Assembly (NCBI GenBank): GCA_951406725.2
Contig: OX597817.1
Location: forward strand, 66,278,001-66,342,000
Direction: 5' to 3'
Source of the DNA: Octopus vulgaris
Taxonomy: Eukaryota
Length of the DNA stretch: 64,000 nt
Shown: positions 28,764-43,180 of the stretch, piece by piece
Layout: each line of letters begins with the position of its first letter
Position numbering within the stretch: the first letter of the stretch is position 1
Program-made: the position numbers and the translations under genes
The notes under the pieces: model-generated
Told to the model about the DNA's origin: nothing
Databases searched by the model: none
The model's input: only the letters and a program-made list of their open reading frames with translations

Positions 28764-29827
28764 CTAGTATGGATAACAAAAAAATGTCATGTAAATATGC
28801 ATTTACATCCCATTAAATAATCAGAAGAAATATGTTACCCAATAACAATCCAAAAGTTAAAAGGAAGTTTGTCTCAACAGCTTAATTGCGCAAATGTATT
28901 TTGCAGTTATAACAGAAATGAATAATGCCTAGCATGATATCAAATATAGGTCACAGATTACAGCCAAACTTCTGGTTACACTCAGAAAAGGATTGTTGCG
29001 GTCAACAACAATAATAATTACAATAACTGAAACAGTTTTTTTTTTCATTAACAGCTCTTCTCAGTTATGTCTTAACACTTAGTAATATTATACAGTATTG
29101 TAAGCAATTTGGGTCCCTAATAAAATATAGTCTGAATTTTAGCTCCATCTAGACTTATGCAGCCATTTTACACTGATGCAATCATAGCCAAGATTCCTTT
29201 AGTTTCTTTTTGTAAAACATTTGTTTTTCTAGTAAATGTACCTCTTGATAACCTCAACAATAAAGTCACAGTTAGACAAACAGACTATTGTCTTGCTAGG
29301 CACATTAAGATTTGAACAAGTCACTGTGGTTGCAATCCAGTTCAAATACTCAATTGCAACAATGAAAATAACTTGATATTATTAACACAACAACTTAGTC
29401 TTCACATCCTACTCTATCTTGTTTTAATTTTCACAGTTGAGGGTACACACTAAACTTTTCTTATTCTTTTGAGTATTAACAGAAATATAAAAAAAAAATC
29501 AATCATCATCACCATCATTTAACATGTTTTCCATGCTGGCAAGCCAGAGGACTGCACCAAGCTCCATTGTCTGTTTTGGCATGGTTTTGACAATTGAATG
29601 AGAAAGTGCATAGTCTGTTAAAGCAATCCCAATAATTGACAGACTAAGATGAAATTCAAGTCAATCTCAGCAGGATACAAACTAAAATCTGTCAAGCATT
29701 TAGTCTGATATCATACCCGTGCGAGTATTTGTACTAAATACACAACATGGGTTAGATGATACTTTAAGCGCAAACTAGCCTTTCAACCACTTACAACATT
29801 TTTAGACAGAAATTTTAGTTTACAAAC

Positions 29828-29911
29828 CTTTATTGATACTTGTTCCACCAAATGCTCTCTATTGGGGTCACTGAATGCCAAAATACTGGGATCTGTTCCC
29901 TCAAGAATCAC
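29828..29911 (-). CDS. CAD: CAD exon 4
   Basis: VILEGTDPSILAFSDPNREHLVEQVSIK (DPN..LV..VS motif); tttag acceptor and gtttgt donor; 84 nt, phase 0-0. Confidence 0.92.
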
Positions 29912-31506
29912 CTAAAGAAGAAAAAAGGTTTATGTGCAAATAATAGGGATTGATCAACAGTGCATCATTTGTTCACATGAAAAGGCTATGTGATGCTATC
30001 TCATCAGTAAGGCCAAACATTGAAATTTAAAAACATTTCCTTCTCATGAGAAGGAATTAAACAAAGATTCACACAGCAGGTTATCAAGAAGCACTTTGCT
30101 TTTCTGCAGTCCCTGATCCCAGATGTGACTACATCATAACAAGAAACTCAAATGATGGTAGCAATATCTAACTCCCTCCTTCACTAAAAGCCAATCACAT
30201 AGAAATGGCTATTCAAAAGGTGTTGATATTGGTGGTGCCACAGCATGACCACATCCTTTAGACTGAAATACATAAGATAAAATAAAAAAGACAGTCAAAT
30301 TATATCAATCTCAGTACTTGATACTTTATTTTAATAACCTCTGGAGGGTTGAAAAGTATAATCGACCTTTTGAACAGAGAACATAAGCAGCAAGAAGAAA
30401 TATTGCAAGGCATTATGCCTGATGCTCTTACTATTTTGCAAATCCGCCAACCTAACAATAAAAACAACAAGAAATACAGCTGAAAGAATATTTTCACTTG
30501 TAACTGCAGTCAAAACAGACAAAGAAGAACATACAATTTAATCTTTTAGATGCTGACATTAAAATTTAGATACACAAGCATTGCTAGTCAATCTGCTACA
30601 AAGATCTGCACATCACAAATAGAATGTTGAATAATTTCAAACCAGACATCCTTTATTATATATATATGTTCCTTAAGATTTTAAATATAAGAATGACTGA
30701 AGTACATTCACTTGGCACAGTAGTATTTCTAATAAATGCCTATTTATAGTGTATACTGCAGTGTTGCAATGTTTGTAAACATATCTGATAATGAGTTTAC
30801 CTGATCAGGGATGACTTGGGATTAAACAACTTGTGATAAATGTTTATTAAGATAATGTCATAAAAATGGAATAATGAAATTAAACAAATACAAAGTAACA
30901 AGGATTTATACTCAGCCCTCTTTCTCAGAACCAACACTACAAAAAAAACTTTCCCTATCTTGTACATAGCCTGAAAGCTTCATTTTTCAATGAAAAGAAG
31001 CTCATTACAATAAGTTATGTATATTTTCTACTATGATAGTTAGCAATACTTTAATCAAAATAGCACCAGACAGCAGTGAAACAAGTTGCAAACTGCCGAC
31101 CATATTAATATTGATTCATGATAGAGAGAAAAGGCCTTATATTTATGGAATGATAATTCACAAAGCAAATGCATATCTAATTGATACTTATTTATTAATT
31201 GAAATAAAAGGGACTGCTACTAAACAGCTCCAAGCGTTTTTTATAAGCTCTACCACTTTTGCAAATCGATCATCCTTGTTAATATTAACCATTTAAGCAT
31301 AGATCACAAGATACATCTTGACAGATGCAGTCATGGTTGAAAGACTTGTTTTCTATTGCAGTTTCAGACCCACTGAGCAGCGCTTTCCCGAAGTGTCTTC
31401 TACTATAGCCATGTGAGCAAATTTCATAAATAGAAACTAAAAGACCTGAGTGTGTATGTGCATGTATGTTCACATATATGTGGGTATATATGTAGACTGA
31501 GTTATA

Positions 31507-31644
31507 TTACATAATCTCCGAAGAGGCCTTATGATATTTTTGTAAATGTCTCATTTATATCTATATATTCACCAACCATAAAGGGCTAATATTGGTAAAA
31601 TGAGACATACTTATCTACATGGCCGAAACAGCTGTAAGATGTAA
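31507..31644 (+). ncRNA. Type I hammerhead-like motif with long stem II in a Penelope-like LTR
   Basis: atct-CCGAAGA-GGCC...GGCC-GAAACAGCTGTA-agat. Stem I is ATCT/AGAT, stem III is the palindrome ACAGCTGT, the cleavage triplet is GUA, and there is an internal inverted repeat tgtctcattt/aaatgagaca. Confidence 0.65.
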
Positions 31645-32204
31645 ACTATACTTATATTTATATTCTCTTTTATATATATTCTACTTATTATACAACATTA
31701 CTCTTTTATGTACACTTTTTTATGTACATTCCTTTATGTACACTGATTTGTTCTGCTTTTTATATTTAACCCTACAGTCTCTTATGTGGTGGTTTAATAA
31801 AGTATGTGATTGAGTATTATCTGGTAATTGATATTTGATTTAGATGTATTTCTCCATTTTCTTATCTTGTATTAGTAATTTGTGGTAAATCATTTTACCT
31901 TTGCCCATATAATACAGTAAATGAATTGATTGCATCGCAATCATTAACATTTATGTATTAACTTTGTTGGGTACTTCACAAGCAGTATATTGGATATATG
32001 TTATCCCATGGAGGGTTGCATTTACAGCCCCTATCTCAATTTGTATATATATATATATATATATTTGTGCTTATGTGTTCCATTTCCTCAATAGGAAGTA
32101 CGTAGAAGCGTTTCATAAATTTTTGTTGATCAAATAATTGAATTGTTGAACTATTCTTTTAGATCAGTATTTCTCAACAGGGATTTCAGGGGAGAGTTTC
32201 AGGG

Positions 32205-32750
32205 AGTCACTGGCAATGTATCGTGATGATCAAAAATCCGGCCTGCTAAAATTTGATTAAAGTGATTCAAACTGCAGACTCAATGCAAAATGGTCACATT
32301 TAATTCAAAGCGTTAAAAATGTTATGAAAACAATTGGTATGTGTTCACAAAGTCCAAACAATTAATACGAAAAAACCCTCCAGGATACATCCCGAAAATT
32401 CATTTCTTTGCCGAATTTCTACAATGTTTACGGCGATTCGTTTTTATATCTTGATTTTTTAAATTTTTCATGCAATTTACGCATGCTTGCACGTGTGGTG
32501 AACACAGTTCACGTCAAACAGCTGACTGAGTAAAGTTCACTATTCAATGCATGGGATAAGGCCTAAACAAACACATTATCGATTTTTGCACTTGCGAGAT
32601 GAACTTCGGAACAGAACTAGCGCAGTTCAACTTTCATTCGCCTAAACTTTAAGCGACCCATTTTTGGTGGTTCTACGATTTGTTGGCTAGGAGGAGATGT
32701 GCCGGGAAGTTAAACACACAGATACACAAGTTGAGTTTTATATATATAGA
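32205..32750 (-). mobile_element. Non-autonomous Helitron-like element
   Basis: Minus-strand 5' end A|TCTATATATATAAAACTCAACTTGTGTATCTGTGTG resembles the 59320 terminus; CpG-rich; 3' end uncertain. Confidence 0.45.
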
Positions 32751-35742
32751 TGTATATTTAGATGTGTATGTGTATATATTTTTAGATATGTGTGCATGTA
32801 TATATACTTAGATGTGTGTGTGTGTGTGTACATTTATCTATATTCACATGTATGCACCAATACATGTATATATGTATGAGTGTGTGTATAATTAAATGTA
32901 TATGTATATATGCACAAATAGAGTGTGTGCATGCAAAATTGTTCCACTTTTGAATTAACATCCCCCTTCCATAACGACACGGTTAACCTCTTCCGATACT
33001 AATGTAATTAGTTGCATTTATATTACAAATACACGTATGCATATTGTGTGTACCCATGCATCTACAATGAATGTGACGCAAGTGCGCATGTGCATCTATA
33101 CTATAATGGGAAAAGCTGCTTATTAATTAGGTATGCAACAATTACTAAAAGAAAGCAATTAATGGGTTGACCATCTGGAAATATTTTTATAAATTCATGT
33201 TCTAAGAAATTTCCTATAATTTTGATTTCTCAAGTTTCTTGAATTTTTTGAACTCCAATTTCTCTCAAATTTAAATATTCATTGCATTCACTGCAGAGTA
33301 TTCCATTTTCATTTACAATGTCTCTCACTTTCTCTTAATTTTTCATTTGCCATTTTGAAAACCGACAGTTTATTCTATTAATGTATACGTAATTTATTAT
33401 TTATTGGATAAAAATTTTTTAAATACTTGTATAATTTTTTAACATGGGATAGCTGCGAGAAGAGCCTTGAAAGTTGGGTAATTACTATAAGAAGATGAGG
33501 AGAAACAAAGTCACCGACAAGCACTCGAAACTTGCACCTAATTCAGTTTCCAAACACTCTGTACCACAAAGCCAATATATACACAAACAAGTTGCACAAG
33601 TGACTTCAACAGTGACACACTTGTGCACACACAGAGGCACATACACACAAATGAAAGACAATGAATGTATCTGTGCATTTGCTGCTCACTGACACAACTT
33701 CATGCTTCATTACCTTTGCAAAGTTTTGTCAGTGAATAGGTTGCAAGTTTCAAAAAAAAATATTTTGACAAATGAAATTTTTACGTTTGAAGTGAAACTA
33801 GTACTACTTAAATATAGGTGTTATGTACAAAGCATTTTAAATGTACGCAGTGTGGACATGTAATGAAACCCTAACCAACCCTAAAACTAACCCTCCCCTT
33901 CATATTGTTACATAGATGCATTGGGACCTCTGTAGTTCTGTGAAACTAACGGATTCTGTGTGTTCTTGAATGGCTTACAAACACATATGCTGCAACTGTT
34001 TTTGTTTCAGCACACAATCTCAGATCAAGTCACTTGCTATGCAAGTACATCTCTGTAATTTTTTTAAATCACTGTGGATAAATGCCAATGATGACTTTCT
34101 CAGGCTTTCCAATATCTTAATTTCTAAACAGAAACAATTAGGGGCAGGAGTTGGGGTTGTAAAAAATTCATAATTTCTCAAATTTTCTTTATTATGGCAT
34201 ATAAATGTATTTATGGAGAGAAAATATTGAAAAACATCAATACATGCGAGAATGATAAAGAAATGAGGAGGATTGTCTTTGGATATGCTAGAAACAACAG
34301 CCAAATCCCCCTTAAACCACTCACTTTACCCGCTGAAAATATTAACAATTTTTTTAAAAATTTTTTTACCGAAAATGTTCTTTTCATGGCTTTGAAGTGC
34401 GCAAAAAAAAAGGGCCAAAATAGGCCCGTAGTGGGATGGGGTGAGTCTATAAAACTTTTTTCATACAAAGATGCCCCACCACATCATTTTGAAAACTGTG
34501 GTTTAAAAAAAAATGAAGAAAATCACTGAAAAAATTTCCCCCACAAATTTCTCTATAATCGTGTGTAGTATGTACAAATTTGCCTTATTTTTAAAATTTA
34601 TGTATTTACTTATTGAATGGCATAACAGGCAAACTATTTGAAAATACGAATTATCCACTTGACATTGTAATTGTTTTTATAATTTGTTCCAGAACTATCC
34701 ACGGAAATACCATTAGCATTGGTATATTAATTCACGACTCCTTGAACTAGTTTGATAAGTGCTAACACACAAACCTCTTGGATCATTAGTCAACCTATTA
34801 ACTATTAATAAGTAAATGTTTGTGTGTGTGTATGTGTGTTTGTTTCATCTGTAATAGCTTTGTGTGAAAGTATGGTGGTCAATGTTATTAGTTTCTCAAT
34901 TCAACAAGTAATCTAGACATTCCATGTCTTAAGCCGTGTGGATTGAGTTATCTGTTACCTGAAAAACAGGTATGGGTTCACACTATCATTAGTGTAAAAC
35001 ATTCATCCAAGTCATGCAAGCATATAAAACAGATATGCTGTGAAAGACAGTCAACTCATTATTTGAAATCAGAACATAAAGTGGCAACTAAACATTGCAC
35101 AATATCTCTTCAATTTTGAAGATCAGCAATGTAACACAAACTGCATTTTAATAAGAAACTATCATCACATAACATTTACGAAGCAGTAATTCAGGGAACA
35201 TTCTTACTACAACATATCCTTTCACATGGTCTTGTAATATACATAAAAATATATATATATCCAACCTTTGCTCAACAAATTCTGCTGATCTGCCCCACCC
35301 ACCACCATACACTTTTCTATGCTAGCATAAATCAAATGAAATTTGTTGAGGCAGCTTTTCTATGGCTGGATGCTCTTCCTATAGCCAATCCTCAATTCTC
35401 TCTAAGCAATATTTTCCACGGTCCCTTGAACAGCAACAGATCAATGGTGGAATGTATTTTGAAAAAATATTGGAACAAATGACTGTTTTTGCATGAACAC
35501 TAACTATTTACAATCATCATGCAACATCAGGGAAAGGAGAACCAAACACACACACGCTAAGTGGTTTCTCCCAGTTTCATCTACCAAATCCACTCACAAT
35601 GCTTTGGTTGGCCTAGGGCTATAATAGAAGATACTTGTTCAAGATGCCACACATTGAGATTGAACCCAAAACCATGGTTGTGGGTGAGCTTCTTAACTAC
35701 ACAGCTATTCCTGTGCTTTATATAATAATAATTGCTCCTCCT

Positions 35743-36085
35743 CATCATCATTTAACATCTGTTTTCCATGCTGGCATGGGCTGGACAGTTTGATTGAGAA
35801 CTGCTAAGCTGGGAAGCTGCACCATGTTTCAGTCTAATTTGGCATGGTTTCTACAGCTGGGTGCCCTTCTTAACACCAACCACTCCAAGAGTGTAGTGAG
35901 TGCTTTTTAAGTGCCATCAGCACAGGTGCCAGTTACGTAACACTGGCATCAGCAGTGACTATGATCTCATTTGGCTTGACAGGTTTTCTCAAGCATGGTA
36001 TAATTCCAAAGGTCTCAGTCACCTGTCACTGCCTCCATTGAACAGTGCTTTTTGGGTGCCAGTCATAGAGCACTGGCATCACCAA
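35743..36085 (-). mobile_element. RTE-type 3' tail element
   Basis: Same tail as 17501 and 40245. Confidence 0.7.
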
Positions 36086-36111
36086 ATGTAAATAATAAAT
36101 AGATCAATTAC

Positions 36112-36170
36112 CTTTCCTAACATTGTTCCTTTGTCTCGAATCCGTTTGGTCAGGGCTCTGGTGTCAATAC
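36112..36170 (-). CDS. CAD: CAD exon 3
   Basis: GIDTRALTKRIRDKGTMLGK; cacag acceptor and gtaatt donor; 59 nt. Confidence 0.94.
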
Positions 36171-36479
36171 CTGTGAAAAGAAAAAAAAATCTTAGGACAG
36201 ACTCTTAAAAAATTTTTTTAATAAAGACACTGGACAATGTAATCTGGGTCACACCTTTCCTGAAGATGAGAATGGGTGGTCTCAGCTTGAATGCATTTAA
36301 TATATACTATGATGATGATGATTACAGCTGACTTAGGCAGTGGGTACAAACTATATAATATATATTAGAACAGCTTTCTTTGTTTGAGCTTAATCTTTTT
36401 TGTTATACATTTTTCAGATTTTGCTTAAGCAAAAGAAATACCATAGAATGAGTTGGAACCCTAAAGCCTGCTTGCTACA

Positions 36480-36830
36480 TCCTTCTCCCCTTTTCCTGTT
36501 TCCTTCCCTTGTCAATGGCCTTTCACCATGTGGTTTTAAGGCATTCTGCTGCTCTTTCTACCCTCAGGCTGCCACTTTAGTGCAAACCATATAATCGCAT
36601 TTTCCAATCTTTTCTGAGGATGTGTCTAATTCAGTTCCAGTGTCTGTGTCTTATTTCGTCACTGACCCTGTTGAAGCCCATTCTTGTTTCAATTGTGTCT
36701 TTGCAACCACTTGATGTTGAGTATTCTCCTTTAGCATGTGAATTAGAAGCTGTCCATTGTTTTCCCTTCCATGTTTGTCACTTTCCAGTTTTCACGTCTA
36801 GTACTTGTGTATAAATATCTAGTCATACCA
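36480..36830 (-). mobile_element. RTE-clade LINE 3' ORF2 fragment
   Basis: Minus frame resembles DEIRHRHW..I.HILR...ALKWQPEGRK. Confidence 0.6.
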
Positions 36831-36869
36831 AAGAGCCTTAAATGCAATTTCAATCATCAGCATCATGCT

Positions 36870-37270
36870 GATCACTTAATGTCCATTTTCCATGCTGGCA
36901 TAGGTTAGACGGTTTGACTGGAGCTAGTAAGCTGGAGAGTTGCACCAGGCTCCAGACATCTGTTTTGGCTTGGTTTCTATGGCTGGATACCCTCCCTAAC
37001 ACCAACCAAGTTACAGAGTGTACTAAGTTCTTTCACGTGTCACCAGCAAGTGTACTTTTAACATGTCACTGGTACTGGCCATTTCACTTAACTTGATGCA
37101 TCTTCTCAAGCACAGCAAATCACCAGAAGTTTTGGTCACTTGTTATCGCTTCCAGGAGACTCAACAACCAAAGATCATATTTCACCACCTCATCCTGCTT
37201 CTTCCTGGGTATACTTTTTCCACATGTTCCCTCTACAATTAGAGATCAGCACATCCTCCTTCCCACTTCT
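36870..37270 (-). mobile_element. RTE LINE 3' end fragment
   Basis: Degenerate PRK..DEVV followed by the standard RTE tail. Confidence 0.65.
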
Positions 37271-37774
37271 GTAAGATGATGCTGGGTATATAGTTAGTTG
37301 AGCAGACCAGTAAATGGCAAATGACATACTAGAAATATTTGAAATGAGAATCAAATATTTGATTCCATTAATCATCTTTGTCAACATGACTAGCATCTGT
37401 ATCACACTGTCTTAAGAATGATTTCTTTCATCAATGCTTTAAAAAACCACTGCCTTTAAGATTGTAGTCTATGGTTGGCATAGTTGACAAAATTGTTGTA
37501 TTGGTACATATATTAAACCTCTCTTATTCTTTCTATGAGCTAGTAAGAGCTTCTAAATGGTTGTTCACTTACTAGAAACAATTGAATTTCCCTCAAACCA
37601 CACCCTAGTCTTAAGGAAAAAAAAAAGCACTGGACAATGTAATCTGGGTCACACCTTTCCTGAAGATGAGACAGGGTGATCTCAGCTTGAATGCATTTAA
37701 TATGTACTACATTACAGCTGACCTAGGCAGTGGGTGCAAACTATATTTGAAAGAACAGCTTTCCTTTTTTCATT

Positions 37775-38156
37775 TATTTTTATTCTTTTATTTGTTTCAG
37801 TCATCTGACTGTAGCCATGCTGGAGCACCGCCTTTAATCTAACAAATCTACCCCAGAACTTATTCTTTGTAAGCCTAGTACTTATTCTATCGGTCTCTTT
37901 GCCGAACTGCTAAGTTATGTGGATGTAAACACACCAGCATCAGTTGTCAAGCGATGGTGGGGAGACAAAGACACACAAACATATATACACACACATATAC
38001 AACGGGCTTCTCTCAGTTTCCATCGACCAAATCCACTCATAAGGTTTTGGTCGGCCCGAAGCTATAGTAGAAGACACTTTCCCAAGTTGCCACGCAGTGG
38101 AATTGAACCCGGAACCATGTGGTTGGTAAGCAAGCTACTAACCACACAGCCATGCC
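37775..38156 (-). mobile_element. SINE family A
   Basis: Full-length copy inserted into a locally duplicated segment. Confidence 0.88.
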
Positions 38157-39003
38157 TGCTCCTTGTTCAAGACTAATGTTATACATTTTTCAGATTTCCC
38201 TAGTGCTTTGTTTACTTTGGAACAATGTTCCAAAAATCTATTGACATTTCAAGATCTTAGCCTCATCATCTCAATGAAATGTTAGTCGTGGGGTGTTGTT
38301 GCATTTTGTAATAGGTAGATAAGGATAAAAAAAACCAACATTGTCGTCATTGTTTTGCATGTTCTCCAATGCTGGTAGGGGTTGGACAAACTACCACAAT
38401 CCTGAGTTCTTGTGCAGAGACACTGCTCACATAAACAGACCAGAGTTCAACACCATTTCATTTTTGGCTTGGTTTCTCTGGCTGAATGCCTTTCATATAC
38501 CCAACCACTTCACAGAGTGTACTAGGTGTATTTTTTATCAAAATAAAGCACTTGAAGGCTGTCATGACATCAACAAGACTAAAGGATTTCCTCAACCTCA
38601 TGTCTGTTCACTTGCCAGCAACTTTGCAGAATGTCCTTAGTGCATATGCAGTATTATCAATGATAGTAGGGTTGCCACATACCCTGAAGATCTGAGAGTC
38701 CCCACCACTTGAAATGGATATTTTACTTAACATATTGAGTACTTTTTACTTTGTTTGTATTACTACAAGCAAATGATATATATATATATCTTTCATCAAC
38801 AAACAATATATTTAGGTGTAAATACACTAATTTCTTTTAACTAGAAGAGGAGGAAAGAAAACAATAAAAATGAGATAGATAAATACAAAGAGAAGATAGA
38901 AAAAGTGATGCATTTAGACAAAGGTTTAAAGAAAGACAAAAAACAGTATACAAACTTTGATCATGAATCTGATTATTTATATAGAAAATGAAAAAAAAAT
39001 TAC

Positions 39004-39273
39004 CACAAATAGCTGGGATAGATTCTTCAGCCAACCAATCTGATAGAGAACGAACTGCATTCCAATGGCTGTAGTCATCGCTAAGGGCACCAATAATCAA
39101 GGCAGATGCATGTATTTTAGCTGACTCAAACCAGAGTGGAAGGCCATTCTTGTCTTTTTTCTGACTTGGAATTCCATAATTACCAATTAGTGGGTATGTA
39201 AGAATTAAGATCTGAGATTTGTAAGATGGATCTGTTAAAGATTCTGGATAACCAACCATGCCAGTTTGGAAGA
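39004..39273 (-). CDS. CAD: CAD exon 2
   Basis: [34 protein letters not shown]...[11 protein letters not shown]; AG acceptor and GTAATT donor; 270 nt, phase 1-1. Confidence 0.96.
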
Positions 39274-40244
39274 CTGTAAAAAAAAAATAAACAAATAAAT
39301 AAAAATAAAATCTTAAAAATAAATGTGTGTGAGTGCACACATGCACACTTTTATAAATCCTCATTTCACTGTACACAAGTTGAATGCCCAGGCAGTAACT
39401 CGGCACTAAAAATGTTTTTCTTTATTTTTTTGCATTTTAAATTTGTTTCTATAACTATTCAAGTTAAACAAGCTCTATCTAAACTTCAGGGTGGAGTTTG
39501 GGATTAAATGAAAAATGTTAAAGTTACTTAATTTTAGGATTTCTCACATTCATCAACTCATCAAAAATCATTCTTATTGTTTTAATAATAAAATTGTCAA
39601 AATGGTATCCATACAGCAACTTTCTGTACTTATAATGGTAAGCCCATTAATACTGCTTCCAGGATGTAGCAAAATAAGGTCTATAACAGCATCTGAAAAA
39701 TCTCCAGAAGACTAATTAACTGATTATCCTTTAACCAATCTGAAACTGCCTCTGGTTTTATGATACAAACTTCTTGTTATAAAGTCATCTAAATTAAAAC
39801 TCACCAAAATTTCATGCTAATTTATGTTTCAAACATCAGCTTAATTTTATTAAATTCTTCATTAACTAATGGGTTAAGACAGTCTAAGACCCAGTGTCTA
39901 ACCCACTAAAAGTTTCTTTGCATGCTAATAAACGTTTATAAAATACGAACCCTCGTGTTCTTTGTTATGTCTTTGCATCAGAATCTAAGTCAATTTGTGC
40001 TGTATTTCCAAATAAGGAACATTAAAGTTAGATCCATTACAGTTGTTTATGACCAGATTAATAAATCATCCTGTATGATTATCCAATTTAACACAACTAT
40101 AGTATTTCAGCATTTTAGGCATTGATTTCAAAAGCCTCTTTCTTACATACTCATTTTAAATTTCCATTAGAAATGGTGAACACTAAAACAAATGAAACGA
40201 AAAATGGCAAAATTAAATTCTTTGCAGACTACTTTTATATATCC

Positions 40245-40735
40245 TTGGGCCTCAGAGGCAATGACTAGTGACCAAGACCTTTGGCAATATGGTGTACTTG
40301 AGAAGACCCGTCAAGCTAAGTGGCATCACAGTCATAGCCAATGCTAGTGTCACATAACTGACATGTAAAAAAACACCTTTTAGAGCATTGGGCCTCACAG
40401 AGGTAAGGTGACCACTGCTGGTGACAAGCATTGGTCACCTTTCAAGTGTTGGGCCTCACAGAGGCAATGACAAACGACCAAGACCTTTGGCATTATGCCA
40501 TGCTTGAGAAGACCGATAAAGCCAAGTGAAATCGTAGTTGTGGCAGATACTGGTGTCATGCAAATAACACCTATGCCGGTGGCACATAAAAGCATCCATT
40601 ACACTCTCAGAGTAGTTGGTCTTAGGAAGGGCATCCAACCATAGAAACCATGCCAAATCAGACTGGAGTCTAGTGCAGCCTTCCACCTTGCCAGCCCTGG
40701 TCAAACTGCATGGACAATGGATGTTAAATGATGAT
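40245..40735 (+). mobile_element. RTE 3' end with internal tandem duplication
   Basis: gggcctcacagaggcaatgac occurs about three times; ends gatgttaaatgatgat. Confidence 0.7.
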
Positions 40736-42879
40736 ATTTGTTGCATGAAATTTTAACTGTTATTACATCATGTATACATATACATGTATCTGAGCAAATA
40801 TTTATATCCTTCATGCTTCACATGAAAAAGGGCTGAGCTACAAGTGGTGAAGTTTGCTGTCATCTTTTCCAATAAACCATCCACTGGCTCTGTGCTTTCG
40901 ATGACATGGAATAAGAGACCCTTTACTTGACAACCAGGGAAGGTTTACTAACAGAGAGGGCATTCTGCTGTAAATTAGTGCCTTAATAATACATATTTGT
41001 CTAATCCATACTAGCATAAATAGACATTTTATATATATATCTACATGATGTTGCATGAAATTTTGACTTCCATTATGCATTTATGAGCATATGCAATTAA
41101 AATCTCTGTTTGAAGTTTATACTAAGAAATGATATACATGCTGCCATTTTGGGCCAATGGTTAAAGTTTCAAATTCTGTACTCTAAGCTGCTAGAGTATG
41201 TAGTTTTAGTTGGCAGTAAAAAAGAATAATGGCAAAGGGAATGAAAAGCAACTAAATCAATTACTACTAGGCCCAAAAGGTTGGGCTAAATGTTTGCATA
41301 TGAACTTAAAGAAGAAATGAATGATTCAGCCAAACAAGGTAGGTTGATAAGGTTCTTTCAAGCAGAGAATCATCATCTTGCTGAGATTCCAGAGTAAAGA
41401 GATGGAACACCAAGCCAGCTCTCTCAAGTAGAGAAAGACCATTTGGGAACTGAAATCCAAGAAGAAACTGGAAAACCTACTATATTTATAAGAAGCTCAC
41501 CCTGTATGTGAAACAGAGAAAGCAAAATACCCAGGTTTACATAAATGGCTCAAAACTGTATGTTACATTCCATTATGGCAGTGAAGCAAAGAAATTAAAG
41601 GACAGCTGTTAAGCTGCTGTTTGCCATCAGGCAAAGTTGACAAAGAAAACCAATATAAAACAAAATTAATCAATAGGCACAGGTATGGCTGTGTAATTAA
41701 AGAAATTCGCTGCCAATCAAATGATTTGAGGTTCAGTTTCTTTGTGCAGCAACTTGTGCAAGTGATAGCCCCAGGTCAGTCAAAGCCTTGTGATTGGATT
41801 TGGTAAAGAAAAATTGAAAGGCCATCAAACAGAATTTGTCCAGACAGATATTCTATGGTTGGACGCTCTTCTTGTTACAAACCCTCATGTTTCCTAGCGA
41901 AGTAATACTGACATATGGTCAGACATGTTTTCACAAAGATTGGAAATGAAGGATACTGCTTGTATGACAGTGATGCTCATTTACAACTACTGCACAATAT
42001 CAAGACAAGGAGACACAAACAAGCACACACACATACAAGCTTCTTTCAGTTTCTGTTCACCAAAACCACTCACAAAGCTGGTCAGCTCATGACTACAGTA
42101 GAAAACACTTATCCAAGGTACAAGTGGGACTGAACTGGAAGCCATGTAGTTAGGAAGCAAACTTCTTGACCATACAGCTGTGTCTTAAAAGGCAACAGAA
42201 AACACCTAAGTACTCTCAACAAAATTCCATGATGACACATAGCACTCCTCATTGAAGTTACCAAAGGCTCTTTACAGCCTGATGCCACAGAAAGCAAAGG
42301 GAACTTATGGAATTATGCTGGATATCTGGAGGCAAGACACCATTAAGATAATTAGTAATATACTCTACTGAAGACCTATAATACAGAATAGTATCAGACA
42401 CCAGCACCTCCACCACCACTACCTCAAGTATTTGTTATGTAACTTGTGTCTTTCTGTAAAGTAAAATGAAAGAATCAAATTAAGTAAAATGATTCAGAAC
42501 ATCTAAAATTAGATGTGCCTTGTCAGGAAATTATCTTCTAACAAGTTCACATTTGTATTCTAATGCTTACTTTTCAATGTGAGCATGAAACTTCCCCACA
42601 AAACTCCTACAGGAGAGATAAGTTAACACAGGAGCCTCACATAAATCATAACCAGCCTTCTTAAATAAGAAATAACATCTTAGATAATGTAGTCCTAGAT
42701 ATCTTTTAAGAAGCAACATCTAGATCAGGGTTGAGCTGACCTAAGACAATAGCAATGACAAGGCACCTTAACCTGCATTTAAAGCAACTTGTTTCAACGA
42801 GCATTCACAGTAAAATTAAAGAGATGCCCTATTTATTCATGTATAATACACACTTGTGAATAATAGGCGCTCCTAATCA

Positions 42880-43180
42880 TAGGTTATGGAATTCAAGTGA
42901 AAATAATTTATTTGGTATAATAGTCACTGGTTCTTCTTTAGTAATTATGATGTTTGGGAAATAATTAGACTTGTTGAGTTTAAATCTGAAGGGGAAAAGT
43001 GTAGTATACCTGAATGTGTACAATAATGTAGAGAGGGTATTTTTGCATAACCTTTGTAGAACAAGTGTTGAGGTAAATATGTCCCAATTAAATTAGTGGC
43101 TAAGTACATCCTGTTCTTATTGATAAAGAGCTTCCTAAATTAAACTGCCATTATCAAGGATTTAACATCCTTTCATTTTT
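42880..43180 (-). mobile_element. Possible Penelope-like RT fragment
   Basis: Degenerate DVKSL and N..FPNI.ITKEE motifs on the minus strand. Confidence 0.35.

Noticed and set aside
33865-33897. Interstitial telomere repeat
   Set aside because: Only two or three imperfect CCCTAA units, which is common inside repeats.
38837-39406. 189-aa ORF as a standalone gene
   Set aside because: Only 39004-39273 is coding (CAD exon 2); the flanks are open intron sequence.
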